In this document: positions 30,159 to 40,862 of the stretch, in pieces
How positions within the stretch are numbered: position 1 is the first letter of the stretch
How the letters are laid out: every line of letters starts with the position of its first letter
Assembly (NCBI GenBank): GCA_040402815.1
Contig: JBBALV010000004.1
Coordinates: forward strand, 81,797-145,796
Reading direction: 5' to 3'
Source of the DNA: Flavobacterium sp.
GTDB lineage: Bacteria; Bacteroidota; Bacteroidia; Flavobacteriales; Flavobacteriaceae
Length of the DNA stretch: 64,000 nucleotides
Position numbers and translations under genes: made by a program
Notes under the pieces: generated by a model
Told to the model about the DNA's origin: nothing
Databases searched by the model: none
The model's input: the letters and a program-made list of their open reading frames with translations, nothing else

Positions 30159-30893
30159 ATGGAAAAAATAGTATCTTACCCTTTGTCTCTAATCAGCATT
30201 ACTTTGTTTTTGTTGACGTTAGTAGTATTTCACCCCATTCAATGGCTATGTTTCAATGTTTTTGGTTATCAAGCACATAAAAAAAGTGTCGATTACCTCA
30301 ACTTTATACTATTAAGAATTGGTCATTTATTAGGAACCAATTATGTTTTTGAGAACAGAGATACTATTCCAAAAGGAGTGCCTTTAATTTTTGTTTCCAA
30401 CCATCAAAGTTTATATGATATTATTGGAATGATTTGGTTTTTGAGAGCTTTTCATCCAAAATTTGTCAGCAAAAAAGAACTTGGTAGCTGCATTCCGAGT
30501 GTTTCTTATAATTTGACTCACGGAGGTTCAGTTTTAATTGATAGAAAAGATCCAAAACAAGCCATTCCGATTATCAAAGGCCTCTCTGAATATATCGAAA
30601 AACACAATCGCTCTGCTGTGATTTTCCCAGAAGGTACGCGCAGTAAAACAGGAAAACCAAAAGAATTTGCTCACAGTGGATTAAAAATACTTTGTAAATA
30701 CGCCCCTTCTGCATACATAGTTCCAATAACGATAAACAACTCTTGGAAGTTTGTTAAATTTGGGTTTTTTCCTTTTGGACTTGGAAAACATATTACCTTT
30801 ACAGTTAATAATGCTTTTGCTGTAAATCAATATCCTTTTGAAGAACTTATGAAAAAAACAGAACAAGCAGTAATTCAATCCATTAAAAATTAA
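30159..30893 (+). CDS. 1-acyl-sn-glycerol-3-phosphate acyltransferase (PlsC family)
   Basis: NHQSLYD, KFVSKKEL, IFPEGTRS. Confidence 0.9.
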   Translation: MEKIVSYPLSLISITLFLLTLVVFHPIQWLCFNVFGYQAHKKSVDYLNFILLRIGHLLGTNYVFENRDTIPKGVPLIFVSNHQSLYDIIGMIWFLRAFHPKFVSKKELGSCIPSVSYNLTHGGSVLIDRKDPKQAIPIIKGLSEYIEKHNRSAVIFPEGTRSKTGKPKEFAHSGLKILCKYAPSAYIVPITINNSWKFVKFGFFPFGLGKHITFTVNNAFAVNQYPFEELMKKTEQAVIQSIKN

Positions 30894-30956
30894 ATAGTCT
30901 ATCCATTAAAATTTCAGGATTAACTTGAATTTTAAAATTAAAACACTAATGTTAAT

Positions 30957-31943
30957 ATGTCTATAAAAAATATACGCCTAGAAGTAATGCAATTTCTAGA
31001 AGAAAAAGTAGATAGTTTTGTCGATCAGTACCTAATTCCAGTCGAGAAAATATGGCAACCTTCCGATTTTTTACCCAATTCAGAAAGCGATACTTTCTTT
31101 GAAGAAGTAAAAGAGTTACGTGAAATTGCTAAAGATTTACCTTATGACTTTTGGGTTGCCATGGTTGGTGATACGATTACCGAAGAAGCTTTACCTACTT
31201 ATGAAAACTGGTTGATGGAAGTAGAAGGAGTAGATAATTTAGAACGCAACGGTTGGTCAAAATGGGTGCGTCAATGGACCGGCGAAGAGAATCGTCATGG
31301 TGATGTGCTAAATAAATATTTGTATTTATCAGGACGTGTAAATATGAGGGAGGTAGAAATTACGACCCAACACTTAATCAACGATGGTTTTGATATTGGA
31401 ACAGGAAGAGATCCTTATAAAAACTTTGTTTATACCAGTTTTCAAGAGTTAGCAACTTATGTATCACATAATAGAGTATCGCAATTGGCTAAAAGTTATG
31501 GCGATAATAAATTAGCTAAAATGTGTAAAATGATTGCAGGAGATGAAATGCGCCACCATCATGCTTATAGCGAATTTATTAATCAGATTTTTAAGATTGA
31601 CCCAAGTGAAATGATGCTTGCTTTTAACTATATGATGAAACAAAAAATCGTTATGCCAGCTCATTTCTTGAGAGAATCAGGTCAAAAAATAAGCTCCGCA
31701 TTTGATCATTTTTCTGATTCAGCTCAGCGTATAGGTGTATACACTGCAAACGATTATGTGGACATTCTACAGAAATTAATTGATAAATGGGAAATAGATA
31801 AAATTGTAGGTTTAACTGACGAAGCTGAAAAAGCAAGGGACTATTTGATGAAATTGCCTTCCAGAATGGCCAAAATTTCTGAACGGTTGATCATACCAGA
31901 AGATCCTTTTATTTTTAAATGGGTAGAACCTGTAAGAATATAA
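30957..31943 (+). CDS. Soluble acyl-ACP desaturase (di-iron, ferritin-like)
   Basis: WQPSDFLP, TEEALPTY, WTGEENRHG, FQELAT, DEMRHH. Confidence 0.92.
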   Translation: MSIKNIRLEVMQFLEEKVDSFVDQYLIPVEKIWQPSDFLPNSESDTFFEEVKELREIAKDLPYDFWVAMVGDTITEEALPTYENWLMEVEGVDNLERNGWSKWVRQWTGEENRHGDVLNKYLYLSGRVNMREVEITTQHLINDGFDIGTGRDPYKNFVYTSFQELATYVSHNRVSQLAKSYGDNKLAKMCKMIAGDEMRHHHAYSEFINQIFKIDPSEMMLAFNYMMKQKIVMPAHFLRESGQKISSAFDHFSDSAQRIGVYTANDYVDILQKLIDKWEIDKIVGLTDEAEKARDYLMKLPSRMAKISERLIIPEDPFIFKWVEPVRI

Positions 31944-31977
31944 TATAAAAAATAAGTCTTTTTAAAAGCAAAAAAAT

Positions 31978-32301
31978 ATGACACCAGAAATAGATACTGA
32001 TTTGTTAGGAAAAGAAATAGTAGATAAATTAAAAACCATTTTTGATCCAGAAATCCCTGTGGATATATATGAATTAGGTTTGATTTATGACGTAATGGTA
32101 AGTGAAGATTTTGAAGTAAAAATATTAATGACACTTACATCGCCAAATTGTCCTGTAGCAGAAACTTTACCAAGAGAAGTGGAAGAGCGCGTAAAATCGA
32201 TACAAAATGTAAAATCGGCAGAAGTTGAAATTACATTTGATCCGCCTTGGAGCAAGGATTTAATGAGCGAAGTTGCCAAATTAGAATTAGGAATGTTGTA
32301 A
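31978..32301 (+). CDS. DUF59/SufT-like Fe-S assembly protein
   Basis: DPEIPVDIYELGLIY, MTLTSPNCP, TFDPPWS. Confidence 0.92.
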   Translation: MTPEIDTDLLGKEIVDKLKTIFDPEIPVDIYELGLIYDVMVSEDFEVKILMTLTSPNCPVAETLPREVEERVKSIQNVKSAEVEITFDPPWSKDLMSEVAKLELGML

Positions 32302-32365
32302 AATTTGTTTAAAGTTTCAGCTCACACAACTAAGAATTTGAAACCTCAAACTTGAAACTTTTCAA

Positions 32366-32881
32366 ATGGAAGAAATCATAAATAAAGTAGCCAGTAGTGC
32401 ACTCGAAGTTTTTGATTTGGAAGATTATTACCCAACAGGTATTCGTTCGCAAATTGATGTTTCAAAGTGGCTTTTAGAAGGCTTTTTACTAAAAGAAAAA
32501 GACTTTAGGGAAATCTTAAAAAACCATGACTGGTCGCAATATCAAAATCAGTATGTGTCCATTTTTTGCTCAACACAAGCCATAATTCCTGCATGGGCAA
32601 GCATTTTAATTACCGTTTATCTTTCTCCTTATGCTAAAAAAGTTGTTGTTGGAGATTTAATTGATTTAGAAACAGCATTATATCAATCCCTACTTCCAAA
32701 TTTGGATTATTCGATTTACAAAGACAAATCGGTTATTCTAAAAGGATGTTCTAAAAAACCTGTTCCAGAAAGTGCCTATATTTTAGCCGTTCAATACTTA
32801 CAACCAGAAGCCAAAAGTATAATGTATGGTGAAGCATGCTCGGCGGTACCGCTTTATAAGAGAAGCAAAGATCAATCTTAA
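32366..32881 (+). CDS. DUF2480 family protein
   Basis: MEEIINKVASS, LKEKDFR, AIIPAWA, IKGC-like LKGCS, MYGEACSAVP. Confidence 0.8.
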   Translation: MEEIINKVASSALEVFDLEDYYPTGIRSQIDVSKWLLEGFLLKEKDFREILKNHDWSQYQNQYVSIFCSTQAIIPAWASILITVYLSPYAKKVVVGDLIDLETALYQSLLPNLDYSIYKDKSVILKGCSKKPVPESAYILAVQYLQPEAKSIMYGEACSAVPLYKRSKDQS

Positions 32882-33632
32882 TTTATTTACTTTAAATTTA
32901 AACTAATTATATGTTGAATCTATTCACTTGAATAGATCAGCTTCGCCAAATCAATCAATTTTTTAAATTATCAAACATCCTTTTCAAACAGCTTTCTCGG
33001 CTAAACAACAACTCTTATTTTTGTAGTATATTCATTGCAAATTCAACGAGGTAAAGTTTACCCGAATTGGTAGATGTTGCATTTTATTAACTTGCAACAA
33101 CTTGCAACAACATGAAACAAAATAATTCATTTTTTATGAATATTTTTACACATTATTAATTTATGTTAAAGTTTATTGTTTCTATTCGAAGGGGTTTTAT
33201 TCTTTTTTGACAATATAAAAAATAAATAGCAATAAAAGTAGTTCGTTTTTATTAGTTAAAATAAATAAAAAATACCCATTTGTAGGTACTTATTTGTTAA
33301 ACCAAATATAGAGTTTTGCGTTTTAAATAATTATAAGAAATACAAAAGAAAGAATTTCAGCACAATCCAAAGATTGATTTTTAATTCTATTTTTCGATAA
33401 GATTTAACGTAAACATAAACTTCTAATTTTTAATTTAATCGTAAATAAATATACTTTTGTCATTTTTAAAAGATAAATATTTTGAAAATGAACATATTAT
33501 TAATAATAAGTTTTGATTAATAATAAAATAAACAAACAGTTAATTATTATATTTATTTATAAAAATGAGAGTTGAATATACAAACCTTTAAAAATATTTT
33601 GTTTTTGAAGTTTTTGAATTAAATGAAATTAA

Positions 33633-36600
33633 ATGAAAAACAATACAGATCTAAAAAATAAAAAAGGGTCATTGCACTATACAAATAAACTAGAGTTTGT
33701 TTTTATTCTAGCTTTTTTACTTTTTATATCCAATATGAGTCACGGTGCATTAATGAATGATTTTACACCAACAAAATCAATTTATAGTAAATCGATTTTT
33801 AAATCTGAAAAAGAAGGTTTTAATTTTTCAGCTCTAAAAAACGGGAAAATTAAATCGACTTCTACCAATACAATAACATCACCAACACTAGATAGTCCCA
33901 TTTATGCGGAACAAAATTTTATAAGTGGAACAGGTGGAGTAGGCATAATAACAATATATGTTGATGGAAATATTATAGGAACGACAACGGGATCAAATTG
34001 GACTATTTCAGGTTTAAGCGCTACAGATTTGCATAGAGGTTCAGTTGTTATGGCTACAAATACAGACCAAGGCATTACAAGTGATATGTCAAATTCGGTT
34101 ATTGTTCAAGGAGTTGCTAGCTTTTGCATCTCTGATAGCAATGGAAACCCAATAAACACTTCATTATCATTAACTGCGTTTGATATTAAAATTACTGCCA
34201 TGACTGGTCCAGAATGTTCAGGTAGTGTATATACAAATTTTACAGGAACAGTAGTTTTGTCTTGTTCAAATGGACTTTCTCAAGGAGGTGGAATTACGGC
34301 AAATTTTGTATCAGGCATACTAACTAAAACAATTACTATTTCCGGTTACGGAGCAGGAGTTAATTTATCTGTTGTTAATTCTAATGATGCAACTGCTACT
34401 GGTACAACAGTTTTTGACGTCACTCCAATAATTGCAGAGCTCTCATCAAATCAAACGATTTGTTATGGTTCGACACCGTCAACGTTATCATTATCAACAA
34501 ATTTAACAACCATATCTAAGTGGCAAAAAGCTTCTGATTCCAATTTTACTACACCAATAGATATAGTAAATACAACAACTACATTGACTGGTACTGATAT
34601 TGGTAACTTAACAACAACTACTTATTTTAGAGCAATAGGATTAACAGGAAGCGGGAATATCGTAACATCCAACTTTGTTAAAATATCAGTCTTAGCGATA
34701 TCAACAGCTCCAACTGCTGTGGTTGGAATATCAACGATTTGTATAGGCTCAAGTACTACATTAACGGCAAGCGGGGGAATAGAAGCAAATGGGGCAATCT
34801 ATGAATGGGGCACAGGTTCAAATATTGGGAATGACGTTATTTTGGGCGAAAATACAGCATCAATATTAGTCAATCCTAGTTTCAATACAATTTATTGGGT
34901 GAGAAGAAAGGATACTTCCATGTGCAACACAATTACTTTAGGAAAAACCGTTACCGTGTCTGTTAATTTACCTTCTACAGATTTAACAAGTATAGAAGGC
35001 GCTTCTGTTAGCTGTATTGGAACAGGTACAATCCTTTCTGCAACTGGAGGTGATGAGGGAACGAGAATTGCTTATGAATGGGGAACGGGAAGTATAGTTG
35101 GTTCAAATGTAATATTTGGTGCGACTGAAGCTACTCTATTTGTCAATCCAAATATTGAAACAACTTATTGGGTTAGAAGAAAAGATGCAGCACCATGTAA
35201 TACAATTACTTCCGCTGTTTTTAAAACAATTTCAGTCGTGAGTCCATCAACTCCTCCAACAAGTATTTCAGGAGCTGCTACTATTTGTGCAGGAACAAAT
35301 ATTACACTAACAGCCAATGGAGGTTGGGGAAATGATGGTTCCATTTTTCAATGGGGGTGGGGTGTAATAGGTTCCAATGTTATTGTTGGACAAACAGGAT
35401 CTTCTATTATAGTGTCACCTTTGGTTACAACATCTTATTGGGTTAGACGTTATGATGGAGGAATGCCTTGTGAGTATACAGCGGCAGCAACCACAACCGT
35501 TTCAATTATACCTGTTGATGGAAATCCTGCGGCATTCGGAGATAATGTTTGGAATGTATATGGATTTAATCGCGCTGACATAACCTTAGCTACTGCCATA
35601 TATGCAGGTTATTATACTGTAAGTACTTTAGGCGATAGTACGTTGTCAGGAACAAATAGTTGGGCCAACACAGCTTCGCCATCTGCATCTGCGGGATGGA
35701 CAGGTTGCCCTGTAGATTTAGATAATTTCACTATGGTGCATAAACGAAAAGGATTTCCATGTGGCACATATACTCTGACATTATCCGATTGGGACGATGC
35801 TATCCAAGTCTATATTAACGGAACTTTAGCTTGGTCTTGTTTAGAATACGCGGCATCTAATATTTGTAGTGGTGCAATTGGAACGTATACTTTAGATGGA
35901 AATTCAACTATAGAAATAAGGGTTAGAGAAGATGTTGGTTTATCAAGTGTGACATTAAGTTTAACCGATTTAGGTACCTTTGCGAGTTCAACGGCACCAA
36001 CTACCATTTCTGGTACTACAAGTATTTGCCCCGGATCCACGACTATTTTAACTGCTTCCGGAGGTAGTGTGGGAACTATTGGAGTATATCAATGGGGAAC
36101 AGGGACATCCGTTGGTTTAAATAGTATTTCTGGACAAACTGGGGCATCACTAATGGTTAGTCCAGCAATAACATCAACCTATTGGGTAAGAAGAATAGAT
36201 GGAACTTGTAATACAACTAGTGGCATTAGTCAAGAAGTAACAGTAATTCCAATATCTGTTGGAGGAAATGCTTCAAGCAATCAATCCATTTGTTTAGGGA
36301 CAACTCCATTAGATTTAAATTTAGCGAGTTACACAGGGAATATTGTAAAATGGCAAAAAGCATCAGATGTGGGATTTAGTTCCCCTATAGATATTGCAAA
36401 TACATCCGCGACATTGTCTGGTTTAACTATTGGACAAATAAATACAACTACTTATTTTAGAGCAGAAGTTAGAAGTGGTACTTGTGCTAGTAGCTTTTCA
36501 AATTATGTTACTATAACTATTAGTGAATCTTCGATAGGAGGAATACTAGCTTCAAATCAGTCCATTTGTACAGGTACAATGCCTTCTGATTTAACATTGT

Positions 36601-39600
36601 CTGGCAACGTTGGAAGTATAGTAAAATGGCAAAAAGCATCAGATATTGGTTTTACGTCTCCTACAGATTTTTCAGAAACTTCGACTACTTTAGCGGGCAC
36701 AATTATAGGTGCATTGTCAACAACTACTTATTTTAGAGCGTTGATTCAGAATAATGGATGTACAATCGTAAATTCTTCAGTAGTTGTTGTAAGTATCTAT
36801 GATAACTCAGACGGAGGAACGGTTTCAGGAAATCAATCAATATGCTCAGGCACAGCTCCTTCTAATTTAATTTTAAATGGAAATACAGGGAATGTTCTGC
36901 AATGGCAAAAATCGACGGATTCAGCCTTCACTACAGTAGTTGCAATAGCCAATACAACTAATGTTTTGACTGGTTCTGCTATCGGAAATCTAAATACAAC
37001 TACTTATTTTAGAGTATTAATAGAAAATGGAAATTGCTCACCTGTTTTAACTTCTAATTATGTAACTGTTATGGTTAATACGGTTTCTGTTGGCGGAATG
37101 GTTGCCCATGACCAAACTATTGGATTCGGAACGTCGCCATCGAATTTAATATTATCTGGTAATACAGGTGCAGTACTGCGTTGGCAAAAAGCTTTAGATG
37201 TAAATTTTAATTCACCAATAAATATAGCAAATACATCCAACACACTTTTGGGTACAACAATAGGCAACCTTACAACATCAACTTATTTTAGAGCTGAGGT
37301 GCAAAGCGGAGCTTGTTTGAGTGCCTATTCTAATTCTATTTTGGTAACAGTAAATACAATAACTTTAGGAGGTATTATAACACCAAATCAATCGATATGT
37401 ATGGGTACTGTTCCTGGAACACTTACTTTATCGGGATATACTGGGGATGTAAAACGGTGGGAAAGCGCAAATGAACCCACTTTTAGTTCACCAATAACCA
37501 TTACAACTACTTCAGCTACTTTATCTGGACTACCTGCATTAACGAACACCACTTATTATCGAGCAGTGGTTCAAAATGGCGTTTCTACCGAAGAATATTC
37601 TAGCTACGTAACTGTTACCGTAAGCGCAACAACAGTAGCTGGAATAGTTAATTCAAATCAAATGATTTGTATTAATTCTCAACCTAACGACATCACTTTG
37701 TCAGGTTATACAGGAACTATTTTAAAATGGCAAAGCGCTTCTGACGCAACTTTTACTTCTCCGACAGATATTTTGTTAAGTACATCTACAACTTTAACAG
37801 GTGAAAATATGGGTAATTTAACTTCCACTACTTTTTATAGAGCTGTTGTTAAAAGCGGCACCTGTGCAGAAGAAAGTTCCGATTATGTAACGATAACAAT
37901 TACTGCTGAACCAATAGCGGGAACGGTGACTGCAAGCCAAACCATTTGTCATGGTGATACGCCTTCCAATCTAACGTTATTTGGAAATACGGGTTCAGTA
38001 TTGAAATGGCAATATGATTTTCTGTCTGATTTTTCAACGGCTATTGATATAGTTAATTCAAGTACTACTCTTTTTGGTGCGTCTATAGGAAATGTTTTTG
38101 GTGTTACTTATTATAGAGCAGTGGTTCAAAATGGAGCTTGTCCAACTGCTTATTCGTCAGTTGCTTCAATAACAGTTATAAGCACATCGGTTGGAGGATC
38201 AGCAGTAGCATCAAACCAAACGATTTGCACTGGAACTGCACCATCTGATATAGTTTTGTTAGGAAACACAGGAAATGTTCTAAAATGGCAGCGTTCTTCG
38301 GATGCCGCATTTACTTCTCCACTAGATATCAATAATACTTCTAGCATATTATCTAGTACTACTATTGGTAATTTGTCTTCAACAACTTACTTCAGAGCAG
38401 TGGTTCAAAGCGGAAGTTGTGCTATTGCTTATTCAAATTTTGCGACAATTGGCATGAATGATATTTCTGAAGGAGGTTTCGTTCTGTCAAATCAGTCATT
38501 GTGTTCCGGAAGTCAACCTTCAGATTTGACTCTATCAAGTAACATTGGAACAGTAATAAAATGGCAAAAATCAATAGATTCGGCATTTACTTCACCAATC
38601 GATATTGCCAATACAAATACTTCGCTTACAGGTTCAGCGATTGGGAGTTTAACTAATACTACTTATTTCAGAGCAGTGGTTCAAAACGGAAATTGTACAA
38701 CTGCCAATTCTAATTATGTGACCATAACAATCATGGATATAGCTTTAGGCGGAACAGTATCTTCAAGTCAAGCAATATGTTCAGGAAGCACGCCTTCAAG
38801 CCTTATACTAACAGGATATACGGGTAATATAATAAAGTGGCAAAGTGCCGTAGACAATTCTTTTTCAGCTCCTTTAGATTTACTTACAACATCTTCAACG
38901 CTGTCGGGTACTATTATCGGCAATTTAACAAATACCACTTACTTTAGAGCAGTTGTACAAAATGGAGTTTGCTCAATAGCATACTCGGATTATGCAATTA
39001 TCTCAATTAACTTATCTAATGGAGGTACAATTTCGGGAAGCACTACCGTATGTACAGGTACAGAAGCCTCTGATTTAGTGCTGATAAATTATTCAGGCAG
39101 TATAATTAAATGGCAAAAGTCTACAGATTCAAATTTTTCTTCTTTAACAGATATTGCCTCTACTTCAGCTACCTTAAGTGGCGCAACAATTGGAGAAATT
39201 GACCAAACTAATTACTTTAGAGCAATTGTGGAAAATTCCACTTGTGGAATAGTTTATTCTTCAACAGCTTCAATTTTAACCACAGCAACAACTTGGAACG
39301 GTTCGGCATGGAATAATGGTCTGCCAACCACTTTATCAAATGTAATTATTTCAGGGGATTATACTTCGCCAGGCATAAGTGCCAATTTATCCATGTGTAG
39401 TTTAACAGTAAATAATAATGCAGTAGTAAACGTAATTTCGGGGGATAATTTCATTGTTAAAAGGAAAGTAGCTGTAGCATCTGGTGCTATTTTAACTTTT
39501 GAAAACAATGCGAATTTGATTCAAATTGATAATGTTGCAAATTCTGGAAATGCCATTTTTAAACGAGATGCATCGTTGAGAAGATTAGAATACATTTATT

Positions 39601-40862
39601 GGTGCGCACCAGTTGCTAACCAAAATTTATTGGCTTTTTCTCCATTAACACTACCAAATAGATTTTATACTTACAGCGAACAATCAAACACATTTACTTC
39701 TATTGTACCTTCAACAACTAGCTTTGGAGCTTCTGAAAATCAAATAGCAGGAAAAGGGTTTATGATAAGAGCACCTAATATATTTGCAGATTTTCCTGCG
39801 TCTCCGACTGTTTTTCATGGACAATTTAACGGAGTACCCAATAATGGAACATATACTACTGCAATATCCTACTCAGGTGGATCCAGAGGGTACAACTTAA
39901 TAGGAAATCCATATCCATCTCCTATTGACGCTGAATTATTCTTACAAGAAAATCCAGGTTCGTTGTATTTTTGGACTCATACTACTTTAGGAGCTGCCGC
40001 AAACAATTATGCTAGTTACACAACAATAGGAGGTACCGCCGCTATCCAAGGTGGACCAAAACCTAATGGGATCATTCAAACAGGTCAAGGTTTTTTATTA
40101 CACACCACTACAAATGGTAATGCAACATTTACGAACAACATGCGTGTGATTAATAATCAAGGACAGTTTTATAGAAATAGCACCATCGAGAAACATCGAA
40201 TATGGTTAAATTTGAACACACCCACAACAAGTTTAAATCAAATTTTAGTTGGTTATATGGAAGGAGCTACTGATGTTCATGATGAAGCTATTGATGGCAT
40301 ATTATTACCTTATAATTCTAGCGTTTTATCAAGTAGAATCAACGACGACAACTATGTAATTCAAGGCAGAGCATTACCATTTAACCCCAATGAATCAATA
40401 TCCTTAGGTTTCAGCGCGCAAACTGCAGGCGATTTTAATATAGTTCTCGATCATGTAGATGGATTATTTTCAGGAAGTCAAGAAATACATATAAAGGACA
40501 ACTTTTTAGGAATTACACACAATATTAAAAATGCGCCGTATACTTTTACTTCTGACATAGGATTATTTAACAATCGGTTTGAATTAGTGTATAATAACAC
40601 TCCATTAAGTGCGCAAAACCCAATTTTTGATTCGAATAGTGTTGTAGTTTACAAACAAGATGAATTGTTACATCTCAATTCAGGAATTCTAAAGATGAAA
40701 TCAATTAAAATAATTGATATTAGAGGTCGCTTGCTTTTTAAAAAAAATAATATTGATTCCAATTCGGCTATTATCACTGATTTAAAAGCTTCGCAACAAG
40801 TTTTAATAGTCCAAATTACATCTAAAGATGATAAAACAGTGTCTAAGAAAGTCATGTATTAA
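33633..40862 (+). CDS. Giant T9SS-secreted repeat adhesin (Ig-like repeats, PA14-like insert, type A CTD)
   Basis: Twelve ~92-aa repeats (Q.IC.G..P..L.L.G..G....WQ...D..F......T.....L......L..TTYFRA.V..G.C), 11 of them tandem at ~36261-39283. Four ~90-aa repeats with YEWG/YWVRR. A WDD-containing domain at ~35510-35975. CTD ending IIDIRGRLL...VSKKVMY. Confidence 0.85.
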   Translation: MKNNTDLKNKKGSLHYTNKLEFVFILAFLLFISNMSHGALMNDFTPTKSIYSKSIFKSEKEGFNFSALKNGKIKSTSTNTITSPTLDSPIYAEQNFISGTGGVGIITIYVDGNIIGTTTGSNWTISGLSATDLHRGSVVMATNTDQGITSDMSNSVIVQGVASFCISDSNGNPINTSLSLTAFDIKITAMTGPECSGSVYTNFTGTVVLSCSNGLSQGGGITANFVSGILTKTITISGYGAGVNLSVVNSNDATATGTTVFDVTPIIAELSSNQTICYGSTPSTLSLSTNLTTISKWQKASDSNFTTPIDIVNTTTTLTGTDIGNLTTTTYFRAIGLTGSGNIVTSNFVKISVLAISTAPTAVVGISTICIGSSTTLTASGGIEANGAIYEWGTGSNIGNDVILGENTASILVNPSFNTIYWVRRKDTSMCNTITLGKTVTVSVNLPSTDLTSIEGASVSCIGTGTILSATGGDEGTRIAYEWGTGSIVGSNVIFGATEATLFVNPNIETTYWVRRKDAAPCNTITSAVFKTISVVSPSTPPTSISGAATICAGTNITLTANGGWGNDGSIFQWGWGVIGSNVIVGQTGSSIIVSPLVTTSYWVRRYDGGMPCEYTAAATTTVSIIPVDGNPAAFGDNVWNVYGFNRADITLATAIYAGYYTVSTLGDSTLSGTNSWANTASPSASAGWTGCPVDLDNFTMVHKRKGFPCGTYTLTLSDWDDAIQVYINGTLAWSCLEYAASNICSGAIGTYTLDGNSTIEIRVREDVGLSSVTLSLTDLGTFASSTAPTTISGTTSICPGSTTILTASGGSVGTIGVYQWGTGTSVGLNSISGQTGASLMVSPAITSTYWVRRIDGTCNTTSGISQEVTVIPISVGGNASSNQSICLGTTPLDLNLASYTGNIVKWQKASDVGFSSPIDIANTSATLSGLTIGQINTTTYFRAEVRSGTCASSFSNYVTITISESSIGGILASNQSICTGTMPSDLTLSGNVGSIVKWQKASDIGFTSPTDFSETSTTLAGTIIGALSTTTYFRALIQNNGCTIVNSSVVVVSIYDNSDGGTVSGNQSICSGTAPSNLILNGNTGNVLQWQKSTDSAFTTVVAIANTTNVLTGSAIGNLNTTTYFRVLIENGNCSPVLTSNYVTVMVNTVSVGGMVAHDQTIGFGTSPSNLILSGNTGAVLRWQKALDVNFNSPINIANTSNTLLGTTIGNLTTSTYFRAEVQSGACLSAYSNSILVTVNTITLGGIITPNQSICMGTVPGTLTLSGYTGDVKRWESANEPTFSSPITITTTSATLSGLPALTNTTYYRAVVQNGVSTEEYSSYVTVTVSATTVAGIVNSNQMICINSQPNDITLSGYTGTILKWQSASDATFTSPTDILLSTSTTLTGENMGNLTSTTFYRAVVKSGTCAEESSDYVTITITAEPIAGTVTASQTICHGDTPSNLTLFGNTGSVLKWQYDFLSDFSTAIDIVNSSTTLFGASIGNVFGVTYYRAVVQNGACPTAYSSVASITVISTSVGGSAVASNQTICTGTAPSDIVLLGNTGNVLKWQRSSDAAFTSPLDINNTSSILSSTTIGNLSSTTYFRAVVQSGSCAIAYSNFATIGMNDISEGGFVLSNQSLCSGSQPSDLTLSSNIGTVIKWQKSIDSAFTSPIDIANTNTSLTGSAIGSLTNTTYFRAVVQNGNCTTANSNYVTITIMDIALGGTVSSSQAICSGSTPSSLILTGYTGNIIKWQSAVDNSFSAPLDLLTTSSTLSGTIIGNLTNTTYFRAVVQNGVCSIAYSDYAIISINLSNGGTISGSTTVCTGTEASDLVLINYSGSIIKWQKSTDSNFSSLTDIASTSATLSGATIGEIDQTNYFRAIVENSTCGIVYSSTASILTTATTWNGSAWNNGLPTTLSNVIISGDYTSPGISANLSMCSLTVNNNAVVNVISGDNFIVKRKVAVASGAILTFENNANLIQIDNVANSGNAIFKRDASLRRLEYIYWCAPVANQNLLAFSPLTLPNRFYTYSEQSNTFTSIVPSTTSFGASENQIAGKGFMIRAPNIFADFPASPTVFHGQFNGVPNNGTYTTAISYSGGSRGYNLIGNPYPSPIDAELFLQENPGSLYFWTHTTLGAAANNYASYTTIGGTAAIQGGPKPNGIIQTGQGFLLHTTTNGNATFTNNMRVINNQGQFYRNSTIEKHRIWLNLNTPTTSLNQILVGYMEGATDVHDEAIDGILLPYNSSVLSSRINDDNYVIQGRALPFNPNESISLGFSAQTAGDFNIVLDHVDGLFSGSQEIHIKDNFLGITHNIKNAPYTFTSDIGLFNNRFELVYNNTPLSAQNPIFDSNSVVVYKQDELLHLNSGILKMKSIKIIDIRGRLLFKKNNIDSNSAIITDLKASQQVLIVQITSKDDKTVSKKVMY

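Noticed and set aside
36261-39283. Diversity-generating retroelement or recent tandem amplification in the adhesin
   Set aside because: The repeats differ at all base types rather than at adenines only, there is no near-identical TR/VR pair, and no reverse transcriptase lies in the window despite the bAvd-like four-helix gene.
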